Of a stretch of DNA of 64,000 nucleotides, positions 1 through 9,432 are shown in pieces. Position numbers and translations under genes: made by a program. Position 1 is the stretch's first letter; each line of letters starts with the position of its first letter. The notes under the pieces are model-generated. The model saw only the letters and a program-made list of their open reading frames with translations. It did not search any database and was not told the DNA's origin. Source of the DNA: Phycisphaerales bacterium (GTDB lineage Bacteria > Planctomycetota > Phycisphaerae > UBA1845); NCBI GenBank assembly GCA_003597935.1, contig QZJT01000059.1:1-64000 (forward strand), in the 5' to 3' direction.

Positions 1-1479
1 GTGCGCCTGACCTGCTTCGACAAGCGCGTCTGCATCGTCGAGCGTCATGAGCAGTTCGGCGGGCTGAACTCGTTTTATCGCCTCGACGGCCGGCAATTCG
101 ACGTCGGCCTGCACGCCCTGACCAACTACGTTCCCCCCGGCGTCCGTAGCGCTCCGCTGCCCAAGCTCTTGCGCCAGCTCCGCATCCCCCGCGATGAGTG
201 GGACCTGCACGAACAGACCTGGTCGGAGGTGCGCTTCCCGCACCATCGGCTGCGGTTCAGCAACGACGTTTCGTTGCTGGTGTCACAGGTGGCCGAGGTC
301 TTTCCCCGCCAGGCCGACGGATTCGTCCGGCTGGTCGAGTTCGCCCGCGGATACGACGACGTCTCGCTGCACGCGCCGTGGCGATCGACCCGGCAGGCAC
401 TGGCCGCCTTCCTGTCCGACCCGACCCTCATCGACATGATTCTGTGCCCGGTGATGTACTATGGCAGCGCCGAAGAGCACGACCTGGACCTCACCCACTT
501 CGTCACGATGTTCAAGAGCCTGTTCCTCCAGGGGCTGGCGCGCCCGCGCGGCGGCGTGCGCACGATCATCTCGTCGCTGGTGCGCAGGTTTCGCGCGCAG
601 GGCGGCCAGTTCCGGATGAAGTGCGGGGTCACGCGGCTGGTGGTGGACGACGGGCGGGTGCGGGCGGTGGCGCTGGAGACGGGAGAGGTGCTCACGGCGC
701 CGATCGTGTTCTCCTCGGCCGGCTACCACGAGACGATGGCGCTCTGCCCCGCCGGCGAGCCGCGGGCTTCAGCCCGCGCGGAGCCGCCGGCGCGCTGTGC
801 CAGCGAGCCGCGGGCTTCAGCCCGCGCGGAGCCGCCGGTCCGCACGGAGACCCCGTCGGCCGTCGAGGCTTCCACCGCACTCAGCGCTGGCACGCCGGGG
901 CAGCGGCAGGGCTCGGATGCCCCTCCCGACGTCCCCGGCGTACTCTCTTTCGTCGAATCCATCTGCGTGCTGAACTGCCTGCCGAAGACGCTCGGACACG
1001 AATCGACCATCACCTTCTTCAACCACGCGGATACGTTTGAGTACGCCTGCCCGGCCGAGCCGGTCGACGTTCGCAGCGGCGTCATCTGCTGCCCCAGCAA
1101 TTTCGAGCGCCATGACGACGTGGCGGAGGGCGTCATCCGGTTCACGTCGCTGGCGCGGGCGGACGCGTGGGAAAGCTTCCCCGAAGAGGAGTATCGCCGG
1201 CAGAAACAGGTCTGGCACGAGCGCGTCGTCGAGCAGGCGCTGCGGTACCTGCCGGACTTCCGCCCGCACGTGGTCTACACCGATACCTTTACACCCCGCA
1301 CGATCCGCCGCTACACCAGCCACCTCGGCGGCGCCGTCTACGGCGCCCCGCGGAAACGCCGCGACGGCCGCACGCCGATCGAGAACCTCTTCATCTGCGG
1401 GACGGACCAGGGGTTTCTCGGTATCATCGGAGCGTGCTTGAGTGGCATAACGGTGGCGAATCTGTATGGCTTGGAATAG
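1..1479 (+). CDS. FAD-dependent oxidoreductase, phytoene-desaturase (CrtI/COG1233)-like; 5' partial at window edge; carries an in-frame repeat-derived insert
   Basis: N-terminal FAD-binding region (CIVERHEQFGGLNSFYRLDGRQFDVGLH). C-terminal region is paralogous to the ORF at 2528-4003. Stop TAG at 1477-1479. Confidence 0.8.
   Translation: MRLTCFDKRVCIVERHEQFGGLNSFYRLDGRQFDVGLHALTNYVPPGVRSAPLPKLLRQLRIPRDEWDLHEQTWSEVRFPHHRLRFSNDVSLLVSQVAEVFPRQADGFVRLVEFARGYDDVSLHAPWRSTRQALAAFLSDPTLIDMILCPVMYYGSAEEHDLDLTHFVTMFKSLFLQGLARPRGGVRTIISSLVRRFRAQGGQFRMKCGVTRLVVDDGRVRAVALETGEVLTAPIVFSSAGYHETMALCPAGEPRASARAEPPARCASEPRASARAEPPVRTETPSAVEASTALSAGTPGQRQGSDAPPDVPGVLSFVESICVLNCLPKTLGHESTITFFNHADTFEYACPAEPVDVRSGVICCPSNFERHDDVAEGVIRFTSLARADAWESFPEEEYRRQKQVWHERVVEQALRYLPDFRPHVVYTDTFTPRTIRRYTSHLGGAVYGAPRKRRDGRTPIENLFICGTDQGFLGIIGACLSGITVANLYGLE
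757..838. repeat. Two tandem copies (48-bp period) of the GC-hairpin dispersed repeat, reverse orientation, inside the CDS. Translated in frame as [27 protein letters not shown].
   Basis: gagccgcgggcttcagcccgcgcggagccgccgg occurs at 757-790 and 805-838. The reading frame stays open. Oxidoreductase-like sequence resumes downstream. Confidence 0.8.
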
Positions 1480-1512
1480 CGAATAACGAACGTCGAATGT
1501 CGAATAACGGAT
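1480..1512. repeat. Heptamer-period array (GAATAGC GAATAAC GAACGTC GAATGTC GAATAAC) immediately 3' of the oxidoreductase stop
   Basis: Direct reading of the sequence; 7-nt periodicity GAANNNC. Confidence 0.6.
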
Positions 1513-1572
1513 GGAGGGCCGTCTGAGCGAGCCGCGTGGCTTTAGCCCGGGCGGAGTTTCAAGCGGGAGTGG

Positions 1573-2514
1573 ATGATCGAGAAAACGAGCATGACGGATC
1601 AACGGACACAGCATTCTGTGGCGGAACTCCCTCGACCGGACCACGGCGCGTCGAACGATGCACTCGCCCGCGCGCTGTCCATTACAATGCAGCGTCAATA
1701 TGACGTGGCGGCGCGATACATCGGCGCTGACGATGGACGCCGCCCCGGCGACGCATGGATCGAGGTCGATGGGCAGCGGATTCTCGTCGAGTTCTGTGCG
1801 TATGTTCAACAGGATGGTTTTCACGAGCTTGAGCGAGCCGACCGTGATGCGTTGGGCCACATTTCTCGAGCGTGCCTGGAGGCGAACTGCCCCATCATGG
1901 CACCACATATCAGCTGGCAATCGGAACCCAAGAAGATGTCGATCGGATTCTCCACGACCACGCCGCGGGTTCCGCGCGGCGCGGATCTCGAAGGTGTCTC
2001 GGTGGATTTCGTCAGACTCGCGAAGCGCGCAGCGGCGGACCCGCGGCTCCATGGTCATTCCATTAGCGTCTTCGACGAAGTACAAAGCGGCGCAGTCCGG
2101 GAATACCCCAACGGTGACGTGGGCCCTCCTGCATCCGTATACCCGCGCCTATCGCGATACTGTTTGGACGTTAGGCTCGATTCGTGGCAGCACACTGGCA
2201 GGCCAGCCTTCCGGAGCAACTTCAACTCCAGGATGCTGTACATAGATATGGAAGAACTGAATCGAAATGTCCAGTCCAAGGTTCACAAGATCGAGCAATA
2301 CCGAGCGAGCGCTGCCGGGTCAGCAGTTTGGCTTGTAGTTCATATGGACGGGTCACCCCCGTCGAGGAAATTGCCTGAGCCGCAACGCCCCAAGGCGATG
2401 GCATCAATTGCTTCCACAGCAGGAACACTCTTCGATCGCGTATTCTGGGCGGAGTGGTTGTTGAGCGAGGACGCAGCCCGCCTCTTCTGTGTCTTCGACC
2501 GCCGCGTGTGCTGA
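1573..2514 (+). CDS. Hypothetical protein (313 aa); noticeably lower GC than its neighbours; sits between two paralogous oxidoreductase genes
   Basis: Long ORF with ATG start and no recognisable motifs. Local GC is roughly 58-60% against about 68% in the flanks. Confidence 0.5.
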   Translation: MIEKTSMTDQRTQHSVAELPRPDHGASNDALARALSITMQRQYDVAARYIGADDGRRPGDAWIEVDGQRILVEFCAYVQQDGFHELERADRDALGHISRACLEANCPIMAPHISWQSEPKKMSIGFSTTTPRVPRGADLEGVSVDFVRLAKRAAADPRLHGHSISVFDEVQSGAVREYPNGDVGPPASVYPRLSRYCLDVRLDSWQHTGRPAFRSNFNSRMLYIDMEELNRNVQSKVHKIEQYRASAAGSAVWLVVHMDGSPPSRKLPEPQRPKAMASIASTAGTLFDRVFWAEWLLSEDAARLFCVFDRRVC

Positions 2515-2527
2515 CGCAACGACGATC

Positions 2528-4003
2528 ATGATCGCCAACAACACCAAACTCCAACGCCGCCCCAACCGCCTTGACGGCTGCAGGGATTACTACGACGTCA
2601 TCGTCATCGGCAGCGGGCTGGCGGGGCTGACCGCCGCCAACTGCCTGGCCAAGTGCGACCGCAGCGTGCTGCTGGTCGAGCAGCACTACAACTTCGGCGG
2701 GATGGCCACCTGGTTCCGCCGGCCGGGCGGGTACATCTTCGACATCTCGCTGCACGGCTTTCCCGTCGGCATGATCAAAAGCTGCAAGCGCTACTGGACG
2801 CGCGAGATCGCCGACTCCATCCGCCAGCTCACGGGCATCCGTTTCGACAACCCGCAGTTCCAGCTCGACACCACGTTCGACCGCGATGACTTCACGCGCA
2901 TTCTCATAGAACGTTTCGGCATCACGGCGGAAACGGTCGAGTTCTTCTTCGAGACCGTCCGCAGGATGGACTTCTATGACGACCAGTCCATGACCACGCG
3001 CGAGCTGTTTCAACAGTTCTTCCCCGGACGGCTGGACGTGTGGCGGCTGCTGATGGAGCCGATCGCGTACGCCAACGGCTCGACCCTCGACGACCCGGCC
3101 ATCACCTACGGCATCGTGTTTTCCAACTTCATGAGCAAGGGCGTGTACATCTTCGGCGGCGGTACGGACAAGCTCATCCAGCAGATGAAGGAGGAGTTGA
3201 AACGCAACGGCGTCGATCTGCGGCGTCAGGTGGAGGTGGACGAGATCCTCATCGACCGCGGCCGCGCGGTCGGCGTCGTCGCCAACGGCCGGCGCATCCG
3301 CTGCGCGGCCGTACTGTCCAACGCGAACCTGAAGACGACCATCGAAAGAATGGTCGGCCCGCAGCACCTCGATCGCGAGTTCCTGGCCCAGGCCCGGGCG
3401 GTGCGCCTGAACAACAGCAGTTGTCAGGTCTATATCGGTATCCGCCCGGGCGAGTCGATCCCCTACGTCGGCGATCTGATCTTCAGCTCGACTCATCCGG
3501 TGTTCGATTCCGATGCCCTTTGCGCTAAGAACGTCACCAGCCGCACGTTTTCGATCTATTACCCCGACATGCGGCCGGAGCTGAACCGATACGCCGTGGT
3601 GTCATCTACGAACGCCAACTACCACGACTGGGCGGGGCTGTCGCGCGAGCAGTACGAACACGACAAGCAGGAGATGATCGAATCCACGCTAGCGGGGTTG
3701 GAGAAATACATCCCCGGCTGCCGCGACATCATCGACCACGTCGAGGCCGCCACGCCCGCGACCTTCGAGCACTACACCCGGCAGGCCGCCGGCGCCACCT
3801 TCGGCACCAAGTTCGAAGGCCTGCAAGTCAGCATGGACCTGCCCAGGCAGGTCCCCGGCCTCTTCCACGCAGGCTCCGTCGGCATCATCATGTCCGGCTG
3901 GCTGGGAGCGATCAATTACGGGGTCATTGTGTCGAACGAGGTGGACAGTTATCTGCTGTCCGAAGCGACGGCGAGAGCGGGGAGAATAGCGAACGGCGAA
4001 TAG
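2528..4003 (+). CDS. FAD-dependent oxidoreductase, phytoene-desaturase (CrtI/COG1233)-like; paralogue of the ORF at 1-1479
   Basis: [21 protein letters not shown] dinucleotide-binding motif. C-terminus [19 protein letters not shown] is like the CrtI family. The in-frame ATG at 2528 avoids overlap with the upstream gene; 2489 is an alternative start. Confidence 0.85.
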   Translation: MIANNTKLQRRPNRLDGCRDYYDVIVIGSGLAGLTAANCLAKCDRSVLLVEQHYNFGGMATWFRRPGGYIFDISLHGFPVGMIKSCKRYWTREIADSIRQLTGIRFDNPQFQLDTTFDRDDFTRILIERFGITAETVEFFFETVRRMDFYDDQSMTTRELFQQFFPGRLDVWRLLMEPIAYANGSTLDDPAITYGIVFSNFMSKGVYIFGGGTDKLIQQMKEELKRNGVDLRRQVEVDEILIDRGRAVGVVANGRRIRCAAVLSNANLKTTIERMVGPQHLDREFLAQARAVRLNNSSCQVYIGIRPGESIPYVGDLIFSSTHPVFDSDALCAKNVTSRTFSIYYPDMRPELNRYAVVSSTNANYHDWAGLSREQYEHDKQEMIESTLAGLEKYIPGCRDIIDHVEAATPATFEHYTRQAAGATFGTKFEGLQVSMDLPRQVPGLFHAGSVGIIMSGWLGAINYGVIVSNEVDSYLLSEATARAGRIANGE

Positions 4004-4017
4004 CGAATAACGAATGA
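3984..4017. repeat. Heptamer array (GAATAGC GAACGGC GAATAGC GAATAAC GAATGAA) that also encodes the last codons and the stop of the oxidoreductase
   Basis: Direct reading; same GAANNNC heptamer family as at 1480-1512. Confidence 0.6.
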
Positions 4018-4080
4018 AGAACACGGCGGTACTGTGAACGACAATCGGAGCCGCGACCGTGAGGGAGCGGCTTCTGTGAT

Positions 4081-4130
4081 CGAATGTCGAATGTCGAATG
4101 TCGAATGTCGAATGTCGAATGTCGAATGTC
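4081..4130. repeat. Perfect tandem heptamer array, (CGAATGT) x7
   Basis: cgaatgtcgaatgtcgaatgtcgaatgtcgaatgtcgaatgtcgaatgtcgaacgg. Confidence 0.9.
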
Positions 4131-4467
4131 GAACGGCGAGAGGTAACACGAATCCGCATCCGACGCCCCGGAGGGGCGCAGGAGTGTAGCCGCGGGTGGA
4201 GCGCAGCCGCCGACAGGCGGCGCAGCGGAACCCGTGGTAGCGATCTCCTTTCCCCCCCCGCCCCGGAGGGGCGGAGGCAGCGCACGGTAGCTGTACTGCG
4301 CACCGCGCGCCGCCTCGCACGCCGGGCGGAGGCGGCACGAGACGCGGATCGCGTCGCCGGCCCGAGCTGCGCACGAAACTCGGGGCCAGATGGACCCTGG
4401 GATTCACGGCGCTTCACGCCGTCGCAGCATCAGCGAGCCTCGCCCACACAGCCGCGTGCGCGACGCC

Positions 4468-5262
4468 TCACCCACACGTCACATTTACCGGCTCCACGCA
4501 CGCGTCCGGAGCGATCAGCGTCAACTCGACCGGCCCTTCCAGGCAGCAGGTGCGGTGCTTCGCCTTCCGCCCCGCGATCGACAGTTCGATCGGCTCGCCG
4601 TCGATGCCGATGGTCAACGTCCGGCCGTCGTGGTCGCGCGAACTCAACTTGACTTTCGCGGTGAGCTTTCCGGACGGACCGCAACGCCCTTTCAACCGCC
4701 GCACCGCCTCGCACGGCACGCCGCCGACCGTCACCACGCGGATGTTGTCGAAGTTGGCGCCGAACTTCTCCGGGATGACGTTGTTGCCCTCGTTGGCGGC
4801 GCTGAACGACAGCGAGACGATTTCGCCCAGCGGCTCGCCGGTGAGGCGCCCGGGCGTGTTCACGTCCGCCTCGAGGCGCGTGCGCTGCCCGATCTGTTCG
4901 GCCAGCAGCAGGGCGAAGTCGCCGCTGGCGGCCCGTACGATCACCGCGCTGGTGGGACGGTTGCCGACGAAGCCGCCCTCGAAGTCCTCGACATCCACCG
5001 ACACCGCGAAGACCTTGTCGCCTTCGGGAAGATCAAACGTGATCAGATCCGTGTTCGGCTCCAGGTGCAGTTTCCATTCGCCGTCCTCGTTGATGATCCG
5101 CCAGCAGCATTCCTTGAACTCCAGGTCGTGCCTGAAGAACGGGTTGGTGAACTCACCGCCGTCGAAGGTCTCCACCTGTTCGGCGCCCAGGGCCGCCGGC
5201 GCCAACCCCCACGTCAAAACGCACAGACACGTCACACGACTACGCACGGCCTCTCGGTACAC
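4468..5262 (-). CDS. Secreted hypothetical protein with a conserved 85-aa C-terminal domain ending in CG (shared with the 11230-12566 protein)
   Basis: GTG start at 5262 is preceded by AGGA. Signal peptide VRSRVTCLCVLTWGLAPAALGA. The C-terminal 85 aa align clearly with the C-terminus of the 11230-12566 protein. The plus-strand ORFs at 4390-5404 are antisense shadows. Confidence 0.6.
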   Translation of the reverse strand: MYREAVRSRVTCLCVLTWGLAPAALGAEQVETFDGGEFTNPFFRHDLEFKECCWRIINEDGEWKLHLEPNTDLITFDLPEGDKVFAVSVDVEDFEGGFVGNRPTSAVIVRAASGDFALLLAEQIGQRTRLEADVNTPGRLTGEPLGEIVSLSFSAANEGNNVIPEKFGANFDNIRVVTVGGVPCEAVRRLKGRCGPSGKLTAKVKLSSRDHDGRTLTIGIDGEPIELSIAGRKAKHRTCCLEGPVELTLIAPDACVEPVNVTCG

Positions 5263-5509
5263 GCTTTTTGTCCTCGACTCACAAGACTTCCCGGGACCGC
5301 GCCCCCGCGCGGTCCACCCGTCCACACCATGTCTCACGATACTTGAGTCCTTCCGCCATTGGCGCCTCGGCGAGCGTTTGGCGCTCGATGGCCACAAGTT
5401 CTGACAGTCGCCAGTATCCCGAGCGGTGAAGTGGCGTCCTTCACCACCGCCGTCGCTGACATAGAATCGGGCCGCGGAGACGGATCTGGCGCCGGGTCGC
5501 CCGGATCAG

Positions 5510-6445
5510 ATGACTATGAACGCTCCCACGGTCACTTTCATCCTCGGCTGCACCGGCGCCGGCAAGAGCGGGCTGGGGCTGGCGCTGGCTCAGCGGCTGG
5601 GGGGGGAAATTCTGTGCATCGATTCGATGACGGTGTACCGGCGCATGGACATCGGCACGGACAAGCCCGACGCGGCCGCGCGGGCACGGGTGCGGCATCA
5701 CCTGCTTGATTTGGTCGAGCCGTGGGAGGAATTCTCGGTGGCGCGGTTCGTGGAGGCCGCGGACGAGGCCATCGGCGGGATCGCCGGCCGCGGAAGGTCG
5801 ATCATCGCCGTCGGCGGCACGGCCCTCTACGTCAAGGCGCTGAGCGAAGGGCTGTTCGAAGGCCCCGGCGCCGACGCGGCGATCCGCAGGCGGCTGCACG
5901 ACGAGGCCGCGGCGGAAGGCTGGCCGGCGCTGCACGAGCGCCTCCGCCGGGCCGACCCCGCGGCCGCGGCTCGCATCCACGTCAACGACGCCCGCCGCAT
6001 CGTGCGGGCGCTGGAAGTGTACGAATTGACCGGCACGCCCATCACCGAGCTGCAGCAGCAGTGGGACCGCCAGCGCCGCCGCTACGATTGCCGCTTCATC
6101 GGCATCCACCGCCCGACGGAGGTCTTGAGCCGAAGGATCAACGCCCGGGTGCGGCGGATGTTCGACGCGGGCCTGGTTGATGAAGTCCGCGGCCTGCTCG
6201 CCCTCCAGCGGCCGTTGAGCGGCACCGCCTCTCGGGCGCTGGGGTACGCCGAGATTCTCGCCCATCTTGGTGGGCTGACGTCCCTCGACGACGCCATCGA
6301 GCAGATCAAGATCAACACCCGCCGCTTCGCGAAGGCCCAGCGCACCTGGTTCCGCCGGTTCCGAGACACCTGCTGGCTGGATGCGTCGGATGACACCTCG
6401 GCCGAGGCGCTGGCGGACGCAGCGCTGGCACGACTTCAGGTATGA
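5510..6445 (+). CDS. miaA: tRNA dimethylallyltransferase
   Basis: P-loop GCTGAGKSGLGLALA plus an IPP-transferase-like body (DSMTVYRRMDIGTDKP, KINTRRFAKAQRTWFRR). Confidence 0.95.
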   Translation: MTMNAPTVTFILGCTGAGKSGLGLALAQRLGGEILCIDSMTVYRRMDIGTDKPDAAARARVRHHLLDLVEPWEEFSVARFVEAADEAIGGIAGRGRSIIAVGGTALYVKALSEGLFEGPGADAAIRRRLHDEAAAEGWPALHERLRRADPAAAARIHVNDARRIVRALEVYELTGTPITELQQQWDRQRRRYDCRFIGIHRPTEVLSRRINARVRRMFDAGLVDEVRGLLALQRPLSGTASRALGYAEILAHLGGLTSLDDAIEQIKINTRRFAKAQRTWFRRFRDTCWLDASDDTSAEALADAALARLQV

Positions 6446-7298
6446 CGCGGCGCAGCGTGACAGCCGCGAATGCGGCGCAGGGCGGCGGCCGCGGATGCGC
6501 AGGGCCGTAGCCGCGGATGCGCAGGGCCGCAGCCGCGAATTCGGCCCAGTGGTGTAGCCGCGAACGCGGCGCAGGGCTGTAGCCGCGGGTGAGTCCGTCT
6601 TCGGACGAACCCGCGGACAGCCGGACCCCGAAGACCCCGGGGAGCCGCGAAGCGGCGAAGGAACTCGCGGGAGCTACGTCGCTCAGAGGATGAAACGGGC
6701 CTCCGCGTGCGCACCGAAGGAGAACGCGAGGTTTCGACCCATACGGATGGTGCGATCCGTGCTGCGGCGCCGCCTCGCGCGCCGACGCTTCCGTCGCCGC
6801 TGCGCGGCTCAGCGGATGGGGGGGGCCGCACGATCCGTGGGTTCGCCCGCAGACGGGCTTCACCCGCGGCTACAGCCCTTGGGCCGCGTCGCGGCCGCAG
6901 AGCGCAGCGGGCGTCCCGTACGCCCTGACTCGCGGATATCTCCAGTCGCTGACTCGCGGATCTCCCCAACCCCTGACATGCGGATATCTTCGATTCCTGT
7001 CTCCCGTGGGCAGGCTCGGGCGCCCTATGGACTCCATGGACTTGATGGACCTGCTGGGAGTAGCCCCAGGCACGCTGTGGAGATCATCTCGTCGACGGTG
7101 ATCGTCTCTGCGAAGGGAGTTCCGCGCGGGCTGAAGCCTCGCGGCTCGCTGGGCAACCGCGGGGATGGTGTCACGCGCCTTCTCATGCCCTCCTACGGGG
7201 CGTGATTCTGCCGCCGCCCCGCGGTATGGTATTCCGCCGGCAGGCGGCCGGCGAAATCACCGCACGCGCCGTCGTGCCACGCCCGGCGAGTAAGACGC
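6446..7298. repeat. Repeat-dense 850-bp non-coding region. It holds about 25-bp GCGCAGGGC-CGTAGCCGCGGAT tandem units, a CTGACTCGCGGATATCTCC x3 array, ATGGAC nonamers, one GC-hairpin repeat copy (7121-7151) and a long-range inverted repeat (about 6576-6592 against 6845-6885).
   Basis: Direct reading. No ORF with protein-like composition; ORF-track translations here are low-complexity R/A/P strings. Confidence 0.6.
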
Positions 7299-8276
7299 AT
7301 GGACCTGGCCGTAACCGAGATGACCAACTGGGCCGTCGACCTGATCGACGTGCGCAAGACCTACGGCCGCAGAATCCAGGCGCTGGGCGGCGTCAGCATT
7401 CAGGTGGGGCGCGGCGAGATCTTCGGCCTGCTGGGGCCGAACGGGGCGGGCAAGACGACGCTGGTGAAGATCATGATGTCGGTGGTGCGCCCGGACAGCG
7501 CCTATGGCACCGTGCTGGGCCGGCCGATCGGTCATCGCGGCAAGCTGGCCCGGATCGGCTACCTGCCCGAGAGCCACCGATTCCCGGGGTACCTGACCGG
7601 CGCCCAGGTGCTCGACTTCTACGCTGCGCTGGCCAAGGTGCCGAGGCAGAAACGGGCCGCCAACGTCGAGAAGTGGCTTCACCGCGTCGGCATGACGCAG
7701 TGGGCCTCCACGCGTATCCGCAAGTACTCCAAGGGCATGATGCAGCGGCTGGGGCTGGCCCAGGCGCTGATGAACGACCCGGAGATGGTGGTGCTGGACG
7801 AGCCGACCGACGGCGTGGATCCGGTCGGACGCCGCTCGATCCGCGAACTGCTCATCGAACTCAAGCGGGCGGGCACGACGGTGTTCCTGAACTCGCACAT
7901 GCTCAGCGAGCTGGAGATGGTCTGCGACCGGGTGGCGATCCTGGTGGGCGGCATGGTGGCCCGTCAGGGGACGCTGAAGGAGTTGACGGATCATACGCTC
8001 GAATATCAGATCCGCTGCGGCGGCGACGTGGCCGCCCTGACCGAAAAGATCCAAGGCCTGGGCGGGCGTTGCGAGGATGGCGCGGTCATTCTGGCCGGCC
8101 ACGATCCGCAGAAGCTCAATGCCCTGATCGACGTGCTGCGGGCCGGCAACGTGCTCATCGACTCGGTCGAGCCGCGGCGGTTCAGCCTGGAGGACATCCT
8201 GGTGGAAGCGATGGGCGCGGAGACCGGGGCGGGGGCGGCGGCCGCGCCGATCGGAATCGCACGGCACGCGACGTGA
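7299..8276 (+). CDS. ABC transporter ATP-binding protein (ABC-2 type)
   Basis: Walker A GPNGAGKTT, signature YSKGMMQRLGLAQAL, Walker B VVLDEPT. Confidence 0.9.
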   Translation: MDLAVTEMTNWAVDLIDVRKTYGRRIQALGGVSIQVGRGEIFGLLGPNGAGKTTLVKIMMSVVRPDSAYGTVLGRPIGHRGKLARIGYLPESHRFPGYLTGAQVLDFYAALAKVPRQKRAANVEKWLHRVGMTQWASTRIRKYSKGMMQRLGLAQALMNDPEMVVLDEPTDGVDPVGRRSIRELLIELKRAGTTVFLNSHMLSELEMVCDRVAILVGGMVARQGTLKELTDHTLEYQIRCGGDVAALTEKIQGLGGRCEDGAVILAGHDPQKLNALIDVLRAGNVLIDSVEPRRFSLEDILVEAMGAETGAGAAAAPIGIARHAT

Positions 8277-8332
8277 GCGAGCGCATGTCGAACGTGGACC
8301 GGAACCAACGAAGACACCGGAGTTAACGCCGA

Positions 8333-9274
8333 ATGCAGCTATGGGCGCTCATCGTAGACGGATTCCGCCAGGCCGTGGACAGCAAGATCTTCTGGGTGCT
8401 GGCGTGCGGCACCGTGGTGATCATGCTGGCGCTGCTGTCCATCGGTTTCGAAGAGGGCAAGGCGGTCTTTCTGTTCGGCGCGTTCGAGACGGAGAGCGGC
8501 GGTTACAACCCCATGTTCGAACTGGGCCGCAGCCGGCTGGTCGGCGTCATCATCTACTACGTGATGAGTCTGTTCCTCGGCTGGATCGGCGTGGTGCTGA
8601 TGATCATCGCCACCGCCGATCTGATTCCCGGCATGTTGCAGTCGGGGTCGGTGGAGGTCCTGGCGGCCAAGCCCATCAGCCGCTGGCGGCTGTTTCTCTA
8701 CCGGTATCTGTCCGGCCTGGTCTTCGTCTTCCTTCAGGCCGCGCTCTTCATCGGTTTGACCGTGCTGGTGATGGGATTTCGCTGGGGCGTGTGGCGGCCC
8801 GGGCTGCTGGCGTCGATTCCGCTGCTGGTGCTGATGTTCAGCTACCTCTACTGCGTCAGCGCCGCGGTGGCGGTGAAAACGCGCAGCGCCCTGGCGTGCG
8901 TGCTGATCACGATCGGCGCGTGGGTGGTTTTTGCCATGGTGTCGCAGGCGCCCATGCTGATGGAAGCCTTCCGGATGGAAAAGAGCAGCAGGCTGTATCG
9001 CGTGGTCTACGCCGTCAGTTGGGTCCCGCCGAAAACCGGCGACCTGCCCATCCTGGCGGCCCGGTTCGCCCATGCCGGAACCAGCAGCGACGTCCTGCCG
9101 GAGTCCGTCCTGCAAAGCGGCGGACCGCAGCAGCGCGAGGACTTTGAACTGGCCCGTGAGATTGAGGAGCGGCAATTGAAGCAGCCGCCCGTCTACTCGA
9201 TCGGCTCGTCGCTGCTGTTCGAGGCGGTCGTGCTGGGGTTCGCGATGCTGAGCTTCGCGCGGACGGATTTCTGA
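8333..9274 (+). CDS. ABC-2 family transporter permease
   Basis: Six or more hydrophobic helices. Directly downstream of the ATPase on the same strand. Confidence 0.8.
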   Translation: MQLWALIVDGFRQAVDSKIFWVLACGTVVIMLALLSIGFEEGKAVFLFGAFETESGGYNPMFELGRSRLVGVIIYYVMSLFLGWIGVVLMIIATADLIPGMLQSGSVEVLAAKPISRWRLFLYRYLSGLVFVFLQAALFIGLTVLVMGFRWGVWRPGLLASIPLLVLMFSYLYCVSAAVAVKTRSALACVLITIGAWVVFAMVSQAPMLMEAFRMEKSSRLYRVVYAVSWVPPKTGDLPILAARFAHAGTSSDVLPESVLQSGGPQQREDFELAREIEERQLKQPPVYSIGSSLLFEAVVLGFAMLSFARTDF

Positions 9275-9432
9275 ATCGCGAACGGACCCTGCGCGGATTG
9301 CGCCGGTGGTCGGCGAGCGCGAGCCGTCCCCGAACCGGCGTGGCCCGCGGCGCTACGGCGCAACAGCTCCTCCGCGCTGCGCCATCCACGACAGCGGTCG
9401 CACAGCCCGTTCCGGCGCCTACAATCCGGCTG

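Noticed and set aside
2222-3496. 424-aa minus-strand ORF
   Set aside because: It is antisense to the well-supported FAD-oxidoreductase gene. Its Ala/Arg/Gly-rich composition is typical of shadow ORFs in high-GC DNA.
6436-7205. Several 60-180-aa ORFs inside the 6446-7298 repeat region
   Set aside because: Their translations are R/A/P/G homopolymer-like strings generated by the tandem repeats. They have no start or RBS context and no protein-like composition.
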